Made by a program: the position numbers and the translations under genes. A stretch of DNA of 64,000 nucleotides from NCBI GenBank assembly GCA_038087875.1, contig CM075994.1:5768001-5832000 (forward strand). The letters are read 5' to 3'. Source of the stretch: Malacoraja senta (Eukaryota). A model generated the notes under the pieces. It saw only the letters and a list, made by a program, of their open reading frames with translations. It did no database searches and was not told the DNA's origin. Shown here piece after piece: positions 49,321-62,485 of the stretch (position 1 is the first letter of the stretch; each line of letters opens with the position of its first letter).

Positions 49321-50881
49321 GAGGGGCCTCTGCCCACACCCCCCCCCCCCACCCACACCCCCACCACACACCCCAGCTCCCCGACACACTCTTCCCCTCA
49401 ATCCCCATTGTCCACTTATTTTGCCATTTATTTGTGGCACCTGGCCATCAAAGGCAGCGTAGGTGGGGAAAGAGTTGAGCAGACTTGGCCGACGCAAAGC
49501 CGCAGGTCCCGATGGTGTCAGCGCTAGGAGAATCAAGGCGTGTGCCAGCCAGTTATGTGGAGCACTCCAGCATAGCTTGAAACTGAGCATGAGCCTGGAG
49601 AGGGCTCCTGTGATTTGGAAGACATGTTGCCTGGTTCCTGTGCCAAATTATATGCGTCCAAGCTCCTCCAATGAGTAGAGACCGGTGGCGCTGACTTCAC
49701 ACATCAGAAATCTATGGAGAGGCTGGTGCTCAGTCACATGCGACCCATGGTTAAACCATACCTGGACCCCCTGCAGTCTGCTTACCAAACAAAGGGGTGG
49801 ATGGAGGACGCCATCATCCATATTCTCCATCGTTCCTATGCTCACCTGGATAAGCCGGGAGGCAATGTGAGAGTCTTTTTTTTTTACTTCTCCCGTGCTT
49901 TTAACACTATCCGTCCTGTACTACTAGGGAGCAAACTGACGAAGAAGCTGGTGGATGCTCCACTAATGTCCTGGATCACCAACTACCCGACTGGACGACC
50001 GCAGCATGTCAGACTAAAGAACTGTCTCGGATATGGTAGTGAGCAACCCAGGGGCCCCTTCCAGTTCACCATCTTCAGAAACAACCCGGACTCCTGCCAC
50101 CAGCAGATATTTTGGGATGACTGCAATTGTCATCAGCCAGTGGAGGGAAGCGAAATACATGGGTGTAGTCAACGACCTTGTTGAGTTGTGTGGGCTAAAT
50201 CACCTGCAGCTCAACACCGACAAGACTAAGGCTTTAGTGCTGGACTTTAGGAGGAGAGGAACCTCCCTGCTTCCTGTCTCCATCAAGAGAGTAGATGTAC
50301 AGTTAACCCAGGAGTACAAATACATTGGAGTTTACCTGGACAGTGAATTAGACTGGTCCAGGAACGCTGAGGCACTGTCCAAGAAGGGACAGAGCCGTGT
50401 GTTCTTTTTCTGGAGACTCCGCTCTTTGAACGTCCGCATTAAGGTTCTGCAGATGTTCTATCAATCGCTGATGACCTGTGCCATCTTCTACACTGTCGTG
50501 TTCTGTGGTAGCAGGGCGAAGGCCGTGGAGGCCAAGAGAATCAACACGCTCATCAGGCAGACTGGTTCGGTACAAGGATTGGAGTTAGATTGATTGGAGG
50601 TGGTTTCGGAAAGGTGGATGCTCCTCAAACTGCGGAGCATCTTAGGCAATACATTCCACCCCCTCCATGACACACTGGTCAATCTGGGGAGCACCTTCAG
50701 CAACACACTGCCCCCACCAATGCGCAGCATAAAACGCCACAGGAAATGCCTTTTCCTTGTGGCTACCAAACTGTACCACTCATCCCCTTCTGCCTTATGG
50801 TAGTCTGAACCCCCGCCCGTCCCCCACCTTTGCACATCCCTCATCCTGGCCTTTTCCACTCAATAATTTAATTTCGTGTTT

Positions 50882-51006
50882 TAGAAGGAACTGCAGATGC
50901 TGGAAAATCGAAGGTAGACAAAAATGCTGGAGAAACTCAGCGGGTGAGGCCGTATATATGGAGCGAAGGAAAGAGGCAACGTTTCGGGTCGAAACCCTTC
51001 TTCAGA
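50882..51006 (-). mobile_element. ~125-bp Penelope terminal-repeat insertion
   Basis: Reverse complement of 45860-45985; flanked by AATTTAATTTC(G/A)TGTTT at 50865-50881 and 51007-51023. Confidence 0.88.
50978..51005 (-). ncRNA. Minimal hammerhead ribozyme core
   Basis: CUGAAGA-A-GGGU(UUCG)ACCC-GAAAC-GUU, perfect stem II; 5' strand of stem I truncated. Confidence 0.6.
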
Positions 51007-51181
51007 AATTTAATTTCATGTTTGTGCAATATTACATATGTGCTATGCAATACCTGGTCACTTTAATGTTATTATTCGTATAATGCACATGACACTTTCA
51101 ATGCCTTATAACTGTATATTTTGATTGGCGGCAGACCAATTTCTCTCCGGGATACATAAAGATGTATTGTATCATGTCCTA

Positions 51182-52025
51182 TATAGGAAATATGTGGAGA
51201 TTTTAGAGATGGTGCAAAAGAGGTTGTACCAGAATGCTTCCTGGATTAAGAGTTTTCAATTACAGGGAGAGGTTGGATAGCCTTGAACTGTTTTCTCTTG
51301 AACGCCGGAGACTGGGGGTTACGAGAAAAGTAAATAACATTATGCGAGGCATAGATAGAGTGGATAGTCCGAATATTTTCCCCAAGGGGAAATGCTCAAC
51401 ATTAGAGGACATTACTAAACTTGGGTGGAATTTTAACGGAGGTGTGTGCGGGAAGGTTTTTTTTACACAGAGTGGCGGGGGACCTGGAACGCAGTGCGGT
51501 GGAGGGAGGTACGACAGTGGCGTTTTGGATAATTTAATGTAGGCACGTGGACGTGCATTGAGATAGTGGGATATGGGCCATGTATCGTCATATAAGAATA
51601 TTTTAACTTGGCATCATGTTCGGCACAAACATTGTGGGCCAAATGGTCCTTTGCTATGCTGCACTGTGTAGGGTCACCAAACGTAGTAAACAAATGGGTT
51701 ACATTATTCAGGCATAAATGGTTCGTTATACGTGCAGGTTGGTCCTCTAACATAAAGTTGTTGTTGCTGCGGCGTTGCTGTTGCATCGTGGGCTCGAGCT
51801 GAGCCCCTGCTGAGGTGGAAGGACGCTCACCCCTAGAGAGAAGAGAGCTGGTCAGCTCGAAGTAAGTGAGAGAGAGAGGGTTGTGCCAGGGTTCGCTATA
51901 TATCACAGGACACACCCCTGTACCCCGTAACAACTCCCCCCTGCCATTGCCCAGTCACGTGACCGAATGCTGAGGGTTCGTGTAGCTAGTGCCGCCACAA
52001 CCGCTCTGTTTTCTAGGTTCTATGT
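51182..52025 (+). mobile_element. Old CR1, right part and tail (contains solo LTR)
   Basis: YRK.V..LE.VQKR..RMLPGL...YRERLD.L.LFSLERRRL; TTCTATG-type tail at ~52010-52025. Confidence 0.75.
51667..51999 (-). repeat. Solo LTR, 333 bp
   Basis: TGT...ACA ends; 4-bp flanks ACTG (51663-66) and ACCG (52000-03); TATA-like motif on minus near 51897-51903. Confidence 0.7.
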
Positions 52026-53478
52026 GTACGTGTCCTGATATTCAAGCCAAATGATAATGACGTTTAGTCAATTTGTGATGCACGTCGTTGTTGTACCAAC
52101 GTTTTGAAAGTGGGAGACGGCATTGCAATTGCCATTGAATGGTGATAGTTTTATTTGGCGACGTTCACCTGAAAAAATCATTTATGGCTCAGAGTGTTAC
52201 TTCAAACTTCCGCAGTTCGCAGAATATTTAGAATAAGAGATTAAATCTCGATTTGCTTCCAGAAATCGCGAAATTGAAAGCTGACAAAGCAACATTGGGT
52301 GAGAGAATGATTCAGAAATTTCTGTTGTGTCGACATTTCTGATTAAATTGGTTGATTACGGCAGAATTAATAAGTTAATTTTCTTTTTTTTAAGTCCAAA
52401 TTCGCTATATAATGTCACGTCTGTTCCTGGAGCCATGCTAACGTAGTTAATTTAACGAACAAACCGAGTGAAATAATATATCATTTAAAATGCTACAGAC
52501 AGAAAGTAACAATTCAAAGAAATATTTCACATGCTGTATTGCACCAAAAATATACATAACGGTGTAGTTCAGATAATTTGCGTTATATAATACAATCATT
52601 ATTTATGTATTCTTCGCAAACAGAGACGGATATGGACGCCGGTATGTACTTAAGCAACTTAAAGTCGTTCACATAAGACTGGGTGTCTTTCTATTCATCT
52701 GACTATCTGTTTATCCGCCTATCTGCCTATCTGCCTATCTGCAGGCACTCCAGTTTTGCACTCACTAATCTTTGAAATATGTTTTAAATATGTTGGAAAT
52801 ATAAGCTTCCAATTTGTGTTCTCGATTCTCCTCACAATAAACTATATGTGCTGTTAGCCTTTTTAATTACACAAGCTTGTTGTGGATTATTTTAGCCTCG
52901 TGAATATACGTAACGCGCTGGGGCTCTGCAAGCTCTCAGCTCTCTTAGATAATATAGTTTTACATAATTTTGCTGCCAACATGGACAATTTCATTTTCTG
53001 CAAAATTATACTAAATTCTCATAATCTTGGCACGTACATTTGACCAAACTCTATCCTGTTCCATGCTCGCCATTTCCTCTTCATAACCTAATTTTTTATC
53101 CTGTTTTGTGTTGTTATTAAATTTAAGGATTATAGCTCATTATATGCCTTCACTCGATCTACGTAAATTATGAACGAACTTCATCGTCACTGCCTGCAGC
53201 TCAATACTCATAATATCAGGTCTTTTCGATGCCAACTCTCCGATTCCTGTTAACTAGCCAAGATTCTAATCACACCGTCATGTTACATCTACATCCACAC
53301 CTCTTGCACTATGAGCTTTTATAGTCAGTACTGTCTTCTAGAGTGGCAGCATATTTGTTCATCTTTATTCATAGTAGATGTATCGTCCATGAAGTCCAAT
53401 AACTCAACAAAGCATAATTGCTCAAGATTGATTTTTGTTACGGTTTTCTTGGTACAATATCTTTAATATTAACTTATG

Positions 53479-53920
53479 CGGCACGGTTGCGCAGCGGTAG
53501 AGTTGCTGCTTTACAGTGCCAGAGACGGGGTGGGAGATTGCAACCTTCACGTGGTCCGCTCTGTTTCAACCAATGCAATCAACCTGGCGTGCACAATCAA
53601 ATAAGATCAATTAGAACAAGTTGTCCTACAACTTTAGGCTGTGCACGCCATACGGAAGAAGAAGAAGAAGTGCCAGAGACGCGGTTTGGATCCTGCTGTC
53701 TGTATGAGGTTTGTACGTTCTCCCTGTGACCGTGTAGGTTTTCCCCGGATACTCCGTTTTCATCCCACACCCCAAAGATGTGCAGGTCTGTAGGATTATT
53801 GGCTTCGGTAGAATTGAAAATTCTCCCTAGTGTGCAGGATAGTGGTAGTGTATGGGGTGATCACTGGTCAACACGGACTCGGTGAGTCGAAGTGCCTGTT
53901 TCGTCGCTGTATCTCGAAAC
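53479..53920 (+). mobile_element. HE1-like SINE, interrupted
   Basis: GGCACGGTTGCGCAGCGGTAGAG head, core, GACTCGGTGAGTCGAAG tail. Confidence 0.88.
53528..53668 (+). mobile_element. 141-bp retroposed insert with 3' stem and (GAA)n tail
   Basis: 13-bp TSD AGTGCCAGAGACG (53515-27, 53669-81); inverted repeat TGGCGTGCACA (53585-95) / TGTGCACGCCA (53640-50). Confidence 0.85.
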
Positions 53921-55564
53921 AACATATGTCATTTTCCCTATAATAGATGAAAAACTTTGTGTTTCCCGATTTCTGTCCTCAGATTCTTATGTTATATCCT
54001 AGTCTAATAGAATCGCCCCCAAATTTTCAATTTTTGATACTCAAACCCAATGTATCATCTATCTCGCAAGCATTTGGTTGTAAAATCAGATTATGGCATC
54101 AATTCCGATCCGCAAAATTTTCTACACACATATCCAGCAATGTCCAAACATTAGGGTTAGTGTAGGATGTAATGTGCTCTAGATTTAATATTCTCATACA
54201 AACTAACTACGTATGATATAGCACGGAAACATAATGACTTTGTTATGTCGCGAAACGTCTTTCATAACAGCTTTTTATTCACATCGTCTGGCGTTCGGTT
54301 ACGGAACTAAAGAAGCTGAAGCAAGGGATCCTTTTATAGTTCCCGCATTTCTTTACAAAACACGACGTCATTTACAAATGTTTGATCAGTGAGTTTGCAA
54401 GTAGTTTGTCCACATTATTTCACAGGAGCACACTTTTGTATATTTCCATATAGCTAATTTGAAATCACCTGCTGAATAAGCATATCTTTGGAGGACCGAT
54501 GAAAAATCTTTCCGCGAAAACCGTTGAAAAAATATGTGAATTAACGTGAAGTGAACGTTTTCATAAACGAACCGTACACAAATTACATTGCAAATGTAAT
54601 CATTTTATCCTATCTATGAACTACTCACCTTGAATACATCTTACATCTTACTGAGCAGTACAGGTCACCATCACACAAATTGAATTATTTATTTCGAACA
54701 GTTTGTAATACATATAAATGGATAGTGATTATTTATTCGGCAAACGCAACGTATTACCATTCCAACACACGTCTAGAGAGCAGGAAACTTTATGGTAATC
54801 AATAGCATATTGTCGATTTCCCGTAATTTAGTTTGTCTGACACCCAGGAACAAGTGCGAGGAATTCATAGACTTGCACTGGCGTTAGATTATCTAGCCTG
54901 CTATCTGAACTACATCATGAATCACTACTACCAAAACTACATGACGTGCTAAGTAGACCAAAACTACATGACAAGTGCTAAGTAGAGCTGGACAGATCTG
55001 TAAACACATTGTGCTGATCAAATGCACAGCCTATTTTCTATTTATCCTCCCAGTTTCCTTTGCAGTTCTGTCATTGTTTTAATCTGCCAGCAATACACTC
55101 TTCTCGGGTGGTTCACACTTTTTCGACAAATTCGTAATTCAACACTTATCCTCGAAAATGTTCAGTCGATATTTCTGAACAGCGGCCCATCTCCAAAGTA
55201 CTTTTCCACACGAAATTTTAAATATTGTTCCAGCATTCCTCACGTCACAGATTGAAGTATGTCTTTTTAGCAGTACGAAACTGTCAAGGTTAAATATTTC
55301 ACCATGTATGGCAACATATTACCATCCCGAGAAATTCTGTCTGACCGGAGGAAGGCGACATCGCCCTTCCCTAATACTTTTCATTGTCATTGGTGTGGTG
55401 TGAAACTTGACTAGCTTGATTCCACTTTTATTATATTGTTACAGGTGGAGAACAATTAATGTTTTCCTCAAATATCCAGGCAATCTACTTCGTGTTTTCA
55501 CCAAGCTGCTAGTTGTGTGCTATACCTATATTTTATCTGCAGACCCATCATTGATGACATCGTA

Positions 55565-55855
55565 GGGCGGCACGGTGGCGTAGCGGTAGAGCTACTGTCG
55601 AACAGCGCCCGAAACCCGGGTTCGATCCTGACTACGGATGCTTATCTGTACGGAGTTTCCCCGTGACTGACGTGGGTTTTCTCCGAGATTTTCAGTTTCC
55701 TCCTACACTCCAAAGACGTACAGGTTTGTTGTTTAAATGGCTTGATATTAATGTTAAATTGTCCTTAGTGTGTGTACGATAGTGATCGCGTGCTGGTGGG
55801 TGCGGACTCGATGGGCTGCATGTCCTGTTTCGGCAGAGTATCTCTAAACTAAAGG
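55565..55855 (+). mobile_element. HE1-like SINE, full length
   Basis: A box GGTGGCGTAGCGG, B box GGTTCGATCC, core CGTGGGTTTTCTCC, CR1-like tail. Confidence 0.9.
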
Positions 55856-58196
55856 AAACGAAATATCAAAATCACCATAGTCATGGAATAATCATGAATA
55901 ATAACCAAACCCCAAATTAATCATTATACCCCTGAATTAACCCTGTATTCTCAGACCATCATTATGATATTCCGTTCGCATCACAAACTTGTTTTCACTA
56001 AATATTCAGAAGGTTCAATTCACCCTCTGAATACCCTCTACGGTTTCCATTCTTTACGAACTCATTTTTCCCTTTTTCGAGCTCTATTCCGAAAATGAAC
56101 TAGACCCGGTTATCGGTTCGGTGTGATACTTGATTCCCAAAAGCGTTTCTCTTTCGATGATAGAGCTTTATCAGTGATGTAGATCTCTAACTGAATTCAA
56201 ACTGACGTGCGAATGAATTTGAGCGGTGTAAAAGTTGGTGACTTTGAAGATGAATGTTGGTCGGATAATCTTCCATGTATCTTATTTAAATTCTGCTTGC
56301 TTTCTCAGAAATTAAACAACAGAAGGACCTTATAGCAGAAAATGGTGAGATTCAGTGACAGGAAAACGTAATATATAACCTGAATGAAACCAGGCGTTCA
56401 AATGCAACTCTAAGATTGTTGTCGAATGGAAGAGTTCACCCATTGCTGTATCTATATTTGGTATTCTATTCCGGCCAATATCTTCATAGAACAAAAAAGT
56501 CCCACGCACAATTTCCACATGGTTATGCGTGTATTTTTTCCGATCAGATGTATCATAACTTTAGGAAAGATATTTTGATGAATTTTCATGAATTTAATTT
56601 GAATTAAAAAACACGAGACATTTGGCACAATGGAACGTAGGATCTTTCGGCTAACAACCCGTCTTTTCAAATGGACAAAATAAACGGAAATATGTGTCAT
56701 TAGGATCTCCATTAAAATGTATTGGCGTAATGCATAATTCGAACCATTTGCCTTGATATTGTAACATGTTCTATTACTCAACAGAGGAGCTGCTGGATAA
56801 GAAAGATGCAGGTAAATTACATATTTCATTTTAAAACTCGTTGGGTGGAGCTTACTAAACAGTTAAGAAGTTTGCAATGGACGTGATTCATATTGTTGAT
56901 CGTGTATAATGTATTTGTTACAGTAGTGCCTTGTATATAATTGGCACCATATAATGTTTGAAGCGATGTGGAAGGTCCATTTCTGTTGCAAAACGCGTTC
57001 AGAATATTGGCGTCCAGATTTTATTTTCACTAATTCAGCCGTTGAACTGAAATCAATCATAGGAAGCTGAGGGCAGTGAGTACAACGCGGTGACTAATAA
57101 TCTTGTGCCTGTTCGGCACTCACTTGCCTCCCCAACATATTTCAGTCGTTGACGGCCTATGATACTTCTGAGGGTAAACTGTAGGTTTGGTGAGCAATCG
57201 GTTTAAAACAGAGCTAGAAAATCCGAGTTGATGGTTCTGATTACAAAGAAAAGATGACTGCTTCCGCATCAATTCTGAGAACCAATGCCATCTGTTATTT
57301 ACGCCCTCTGTTTGCATGAAAATGTCTAATTTGTTGGAGGAAATGTTTATTATAATAAATATAGAACATTTCTGCCACATATCCTGGGAAACATCCTTGG
57401 ATGATTATCCCACGCTTGATTGAACGACGGAGCCAAATTTTCCTGGGATTTCCCAGCGTTGTACTAAAAATCGTTCTGAAGAAAAACATGTTGGACCTCG
57501 TGTTATGGTTGAGATTACAATCTGTTTACAAAAGAAATTTCAGGCTTGCCGATCAAGGTACAAAGAGTTGCTAAAAATTCCTTCACTTCAGTTTAATATT
57601 TTAATTATTTCGGGATTTTGCTTTTGGGTTTCACTTCACATTTATACGTCTTTCGTTAAACATGTATAATACCATACGGGTGTACGATAACTCAAATATC
57701 ACTGTTCCAATTGGTACATGCGACAATAAATGTGAACTTGAACTTGAACTTGAAACATTTCATTTTGCTCTGTCTTAGAGTTACAGAATTTAAACGGAAT
57801 TTAAAGTTGCAAACTTCGCAGACAGTTTTCATACAAAGAACAACTACGGCCCAAAACGAGTCTTCCATGAAGTATATTCAGTGGTTCGTTCTTCAAGAAC
57901 GACAACAGAGACCAATGGCTGGTCAGGTTTAAATAGGGTCAACTACAAGAATTTGTGTTGGAACTGAAGTTTTCACAATTCCAATTTAGTAATTCGAATA
58001 TCAAAAATGCATCCAGTAATTAAAAAAACCAAGACAATTACCCGAGGATGAACGCAAAATGAAAATATTCACCTAATTCATTCTTCACAAGCAATTTAAT
58101 TCGCATTTAGAGAAATACATATTTTTCCCACAATCAGGAATTAGTGAAAGCCCAATTTACCTTTGAATACAACAACTATCGGTTGTTGCATTGATC

Positions 58197-58465
58197 GGCG
58201 GCACAGTGGCGCAGTGGTTCGGCAGCCGCCATACAGCGTCAGAGACGCGGGTTCGTTCCTGACTACGGGTGTTGTCTGTGGGAGGTTTGTATCTTCTCCG
58301 TGGGACCACGTGGGCTTTCTCCGGAGCTCCGGTTTCCATCCACGTTCCAAAGTCGTGCAGGTTTGTACGATAAATAGTTTCTGTAAATGGCGAAACTGGG
58401 ATAAAATAGACCAAAGGTACGGGCGGTCGTTGGTCGGCACGGACTCGTAGCGCAAAAGGGCCCAT
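58197..58465 (+). mobile_element. HE1-like SINE
   Basis: GGCACAGTGGCGCAGTGG, GGGTTCGTTCC, CTCCGGTTTCCATCC, GGCACGGACTCG. Confidence 0.88.
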
Positions 58466-61400
58466 TTATAAAGTAAAATTGTCCACCGATGTTTACGAGG
58501 CCTTTAACATTACACTAAGAATCCCCACAAGGGACAATCATGTCTTCAGCATTACATGATCTGACGTCGAGTGGAATTGCAGGAACAGTTTGCCCGGTTC
58601 AACCCTGAACATCCCAGCAACATTGGGATTCTCCGTCCGGTTTGTCAGTTGTCCTAGGTGTCATTCAAATAAAATCAAAGACTCAGAAGTTCGAATAATC
58701 TGTTCCTTATGTACATATGTCAACATCTCTGCAGTATTCACTGCCTTGTCAGCCAAAGCTATCACGATATGGCTACTCGCATCCGCGCGAAGAATTGGCT
58801 GGAATTGACTTTAATCCAATATCATTCCAAAATAATCATCGTTCTAAATGTTTAGCAGTATCGCTGGTTCGAAGCAAGAAAAATTATTTTCAGTTTTGAA
58901 TAACAATGATCATTCTGAGGGGGAAAAATCTAATATTTTTCGCCATAAATTGACTGAATGGAAGTCCCGAAATTGACACCTGCTTTCCTCCCTCTGCGTG
59001 GTTATTCTGTGAAATATACAGCTGCGTATTTTGGTTGTAGACTTCGATTACTGGAACTACATTAAAAATACGATGAAATTTGAATATTTTTCACAACCGA
59101 CCACGAATTCTGAGTCATTATTTTTGTTAACTTGTCTATCTTTTTTTTAAATATCGATTTTGTTCTTCGCAGCACCTTTTGCTTTTGTTAGGGTTTTGTT
59201 GATTTTTCATTCGTTTGCAACTTACGATTATTCTTTTATCTCTTTGGTCTCAAAGACTTGCTGTTGCTTTTTATTCTAAATTACTGATCGGAAATGCGAC
59301 AGAATTCCCGTAGATATCATGTGGGGCTGAGAGTGCTAAATAATTCCTGCAAATGATGGATGGTATCCTACAAATCTGTCATATTTATTTATTTGAACTG
59401 GAAGGGTATTTCAAGTGTTGGTGACATGAAGTCTGAAAGTCCAATGTTCAATAATTTCTATTTTGTTTCATTTTTATGCATACTTTTTTTAAAGGAATTC
59501 TCAGGCATTCAACCATTAGTATAGATGGTACAACTAAACCTCCACACATATCAAATACATCGTTTACTTCAACGAAATATTTAGAATATAAAGAATGTCA
59601 ATAATTGAGAGGTCACCTTTAAAAAAATATATCTATGTAAATAATTTGGATTCACATCAAATTGACCGTGAAATGTAAAAAAAATATTTTTACTTCTAGA
59701 AATAAATAAAATGAAAGCTGATTGTGAAACTTCTGGTAAGTTTCGTCTGAAGTGTGAAAGCTGCAGGTGAGAACAAATTAAATTAAACTGGTACAATTAA
59801 TTTTAAAATATATTTATAGATGACAGATGCAATTCTATGGAATAATTGATTACTATGTGTTTGGAACCGATGCATATTTATATGGTTCTGTAGAGAACCA
59901 TTGTCGAGGTTTATAATATAGAGGAAAGTAATTTCCTACAATCGAATCCATGTTGGATGACAAATTAATGGCATTCCACATGTTCCAAATAATCCTCGTG
60001 TTCCCATGAACGTTGACCATTTCCTCCATTAACGACATATGAAAGCAAATTAACAGCAGATAATTATTCTATTAACCTGCCGTCCAGGTATTTGGGATGA
60101 ACATGTAGTAGCTGGGTAAACTCGCGTGGGCCTAGTTTACATGGGGACACGGCACAAAGACAATTCCAAAGTCACGATTTGAATCTGTATCCGTACATGT
60201 GTGATTGTACGTCGATTGTACGTGTGATTGCTGTAGATTTGGGAGCAACAGCAGCAGGAGATTAGGCAGCGAATCAGCGAGGCAATCAGAGTGCAGGAGC
60301 GAGGTAATCAGAGTGCAGCGAGTAATCAGTGGCAGTTGGAACGGAAGGGACGTCACGACCGCGGTGCCACAGGTGCCACAGGTGCGGCCCGGGCTGTCGT
60401 CGAGGGAGGAAGGACGGAGCCGCGGCTCGTGAGGCTAACAGAGGCTAAGAGGTAGGCCACGCACTGCAAGGGAGCAGTGGACCAGACAGGAAGAGCGGAC
60501 GGAATTACCACTAGACAGCCAAACCAGTAGGTAACTTACGGCTGGGGTAAGTACTTTCCCATTTATAGGAGGTAGGATTATATAAATAAGGGGTGTTTAA
60601 TACAGGACCAGTTAATTACTTATATAAGATGGGCGGCCAGGAGATGTGCCAATACTGTGAGATGTGGGAATTTGTCGACACCATTGATGTAGATGATCCC
60701 TACAGCTGCAGTACGTGTTTGAGGCTAGCGGAACTCGAGCTCTGCATTGATGAGCTGGAGACCCAACTTCATACGCTGCGGTGCATCAGGGAGGGGGAGT
60801 ATTACCTGGATGTTTTGTGCCAGGGGATGGTCACACCGACCAGTTTAACTAATTCAGTAGTTAGTGACCAGGGAAAGGAAGGTGTGGTCATAAGCGAGGC
60901 AGGTAGGGGGAACCAGGAGGAGATGCGGCAGGAGCCACAGCCCTTGTCCCTGACGAGCATGACCGAGGCTCTTACTCAATGTGAGGACGGGATCAGGGGC
61001 TGTGGGAGGGATGAGCAACCTGGCTGCAGCACCGTGGATCAGGGGGCCATTCAAGAGGGGGGAGTTAGAAGAAATGCCGTTGTGATAGGGGATAGTATTA
61101 TTCGGGGGGTAGATAAGGTTCTCTGCGGCCAGCAGAACATGTCCCGAAGGCTGTGTTGCCTACCCGGTGCTAGGGTTAAGGATATCTCTGCGATGCTGGA
61201 GAGAAATATGCAGAGTGAGGGGGAGGATCCAGTGGTCGTGGTCCATGTGGGGACCAATGACATAGGAAGGACGAGGAAGGAGGATCTGCTGAAGGACGAG
61301 GAAGGAGGATCTGCTGAAGGAGTTTGAGCAGTTAGGGAATAAATTAAAAAGCAGAACCTCGAGGGTACTGATCTCCGGATTGCTACCTGAGCCACGGGCC

Positions 61401-61603
61401 AAATCGGCGAGGGTACGTAAAATTAAAAAGCTGAATGCGTGGCTCAAAGACTGGTGTGGGAAAAATGGGTTTGGTTTCTTGGGCCACTGGCACCAGTACT
61501 GGGACAGGGGGGATCTGTTCTGTAAGGACGGACTTCACCTGAACGGTGCTGGGACTGGGGTCCTGGCAAATCATATAACTAGGGCAGTAGAGAGTGTAGA
61601 GCC

Positions 61604-62380
61604 TTGCTGAGCGCGCCGTCCGCAGTGCCAATGAGCTGCTGGAACATTGCAGACTGTCGCATTCGGATTTTTATCTCGCTCTACTAAATCTCCGAAATAT
61701 TAGTCGCGACCCTGCCATGGGCTCACCGGCTCAACGGCTCATGTCCCGCACCACTCGCCCTCCGATCCCTGTCTCCCAGCGGTCCCTACAGCCCGCAGTC
61801 CGCAGCCCTGCTGCTGTCCGGAAGCGTATTACCCAGAAACAGGTCGTCCAGAAGCGCTCCCACGACAAGTCATGCCGTCCCCTTCAGCCCCTCTTCGAGG
61901 GCCAGGTCGTCCGGATGCAGTCCCCCTCCGGACACCACCGCTTGGCTGTTGTCGTCGGCTTTGCCGACTCTCCGCGCTCTTACCTGGTTGACTACGAGGG
62001 CACAATCTACCGCCGGTCCCGCCAGCACTTGCTGCCGGTCAACGAGCCCGCTCCGCCTCCCGCAGCCCCTTTTGCTCCCCCGGTTGCCGCCTCGTTGCCT
62101 CCCGCTCCTCTGCCCTCGCAACCCTTGGCACCCCGTTCTCCCGCTGCTCCTCCTGGCCCCCCCCCCCCATCAGCCATCTCCCGCTCGCGTGCCCGTTGCG
62201 GTGCCCTTGTCTCCTCCCCGGTCTCCTCGTTCTCCCCCTCCTGCTCACTCCCCTCTCGGTTCACCTATCGCCGCTCCTGCCCCGGTGCCCACTCTACCTT
62301 CGAAGGGGGGGGGAGGCGGGCTGCATACCCGCTTCGGGCGTCTGGTCAAGCCGCCTGAACGTTACGGGGAGTTTGCTTGA
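61604..62380 (+). pseudogene. Gypsy integrase C-terminal fragment
   Basis: AERAVRSA..LL, ALLNLRN..GSPAQRLMSR.TR, PRSYLV..G.IYRRSRQHL, terminal TRFGRLVKPPERY. Confidence 0.88.
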
Positions 62381-62485
62381 ATGTTTTGAGTTTTTTCCTG
62401 ACGATGTACGCGCGGGTTTGTGCCTAGCGTATGAGTCGTGGTCTCACTGTCATCATTGCTATGTTTCCCTTTTCAAGGGGAAGGA

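Larger units (their letters stand above)
49455..51175 (+). mobile_element. Decayed Rex1/Babar LINE
   Basis: KAAGPDGVS, WKTCCLVPVP, LDPLQSAYQ, FSRAFNTI, LQLNTDKTK.LVLDFRR, YKYIGVYLDSELDW, KKGQSR, HPLH. Confidence 0.88.

Noticed and set aside
55330..55380. Minus-strand GKGDVAF resembling transferrin
   Set aside because: The expected upstream GAFRCL context is absent and in-frame stops lie immediately upstream.
55565..55640. tRNA gene
   Set aside because: The A/B boxes continue straight into SINE core and tail; it is a SINE head.
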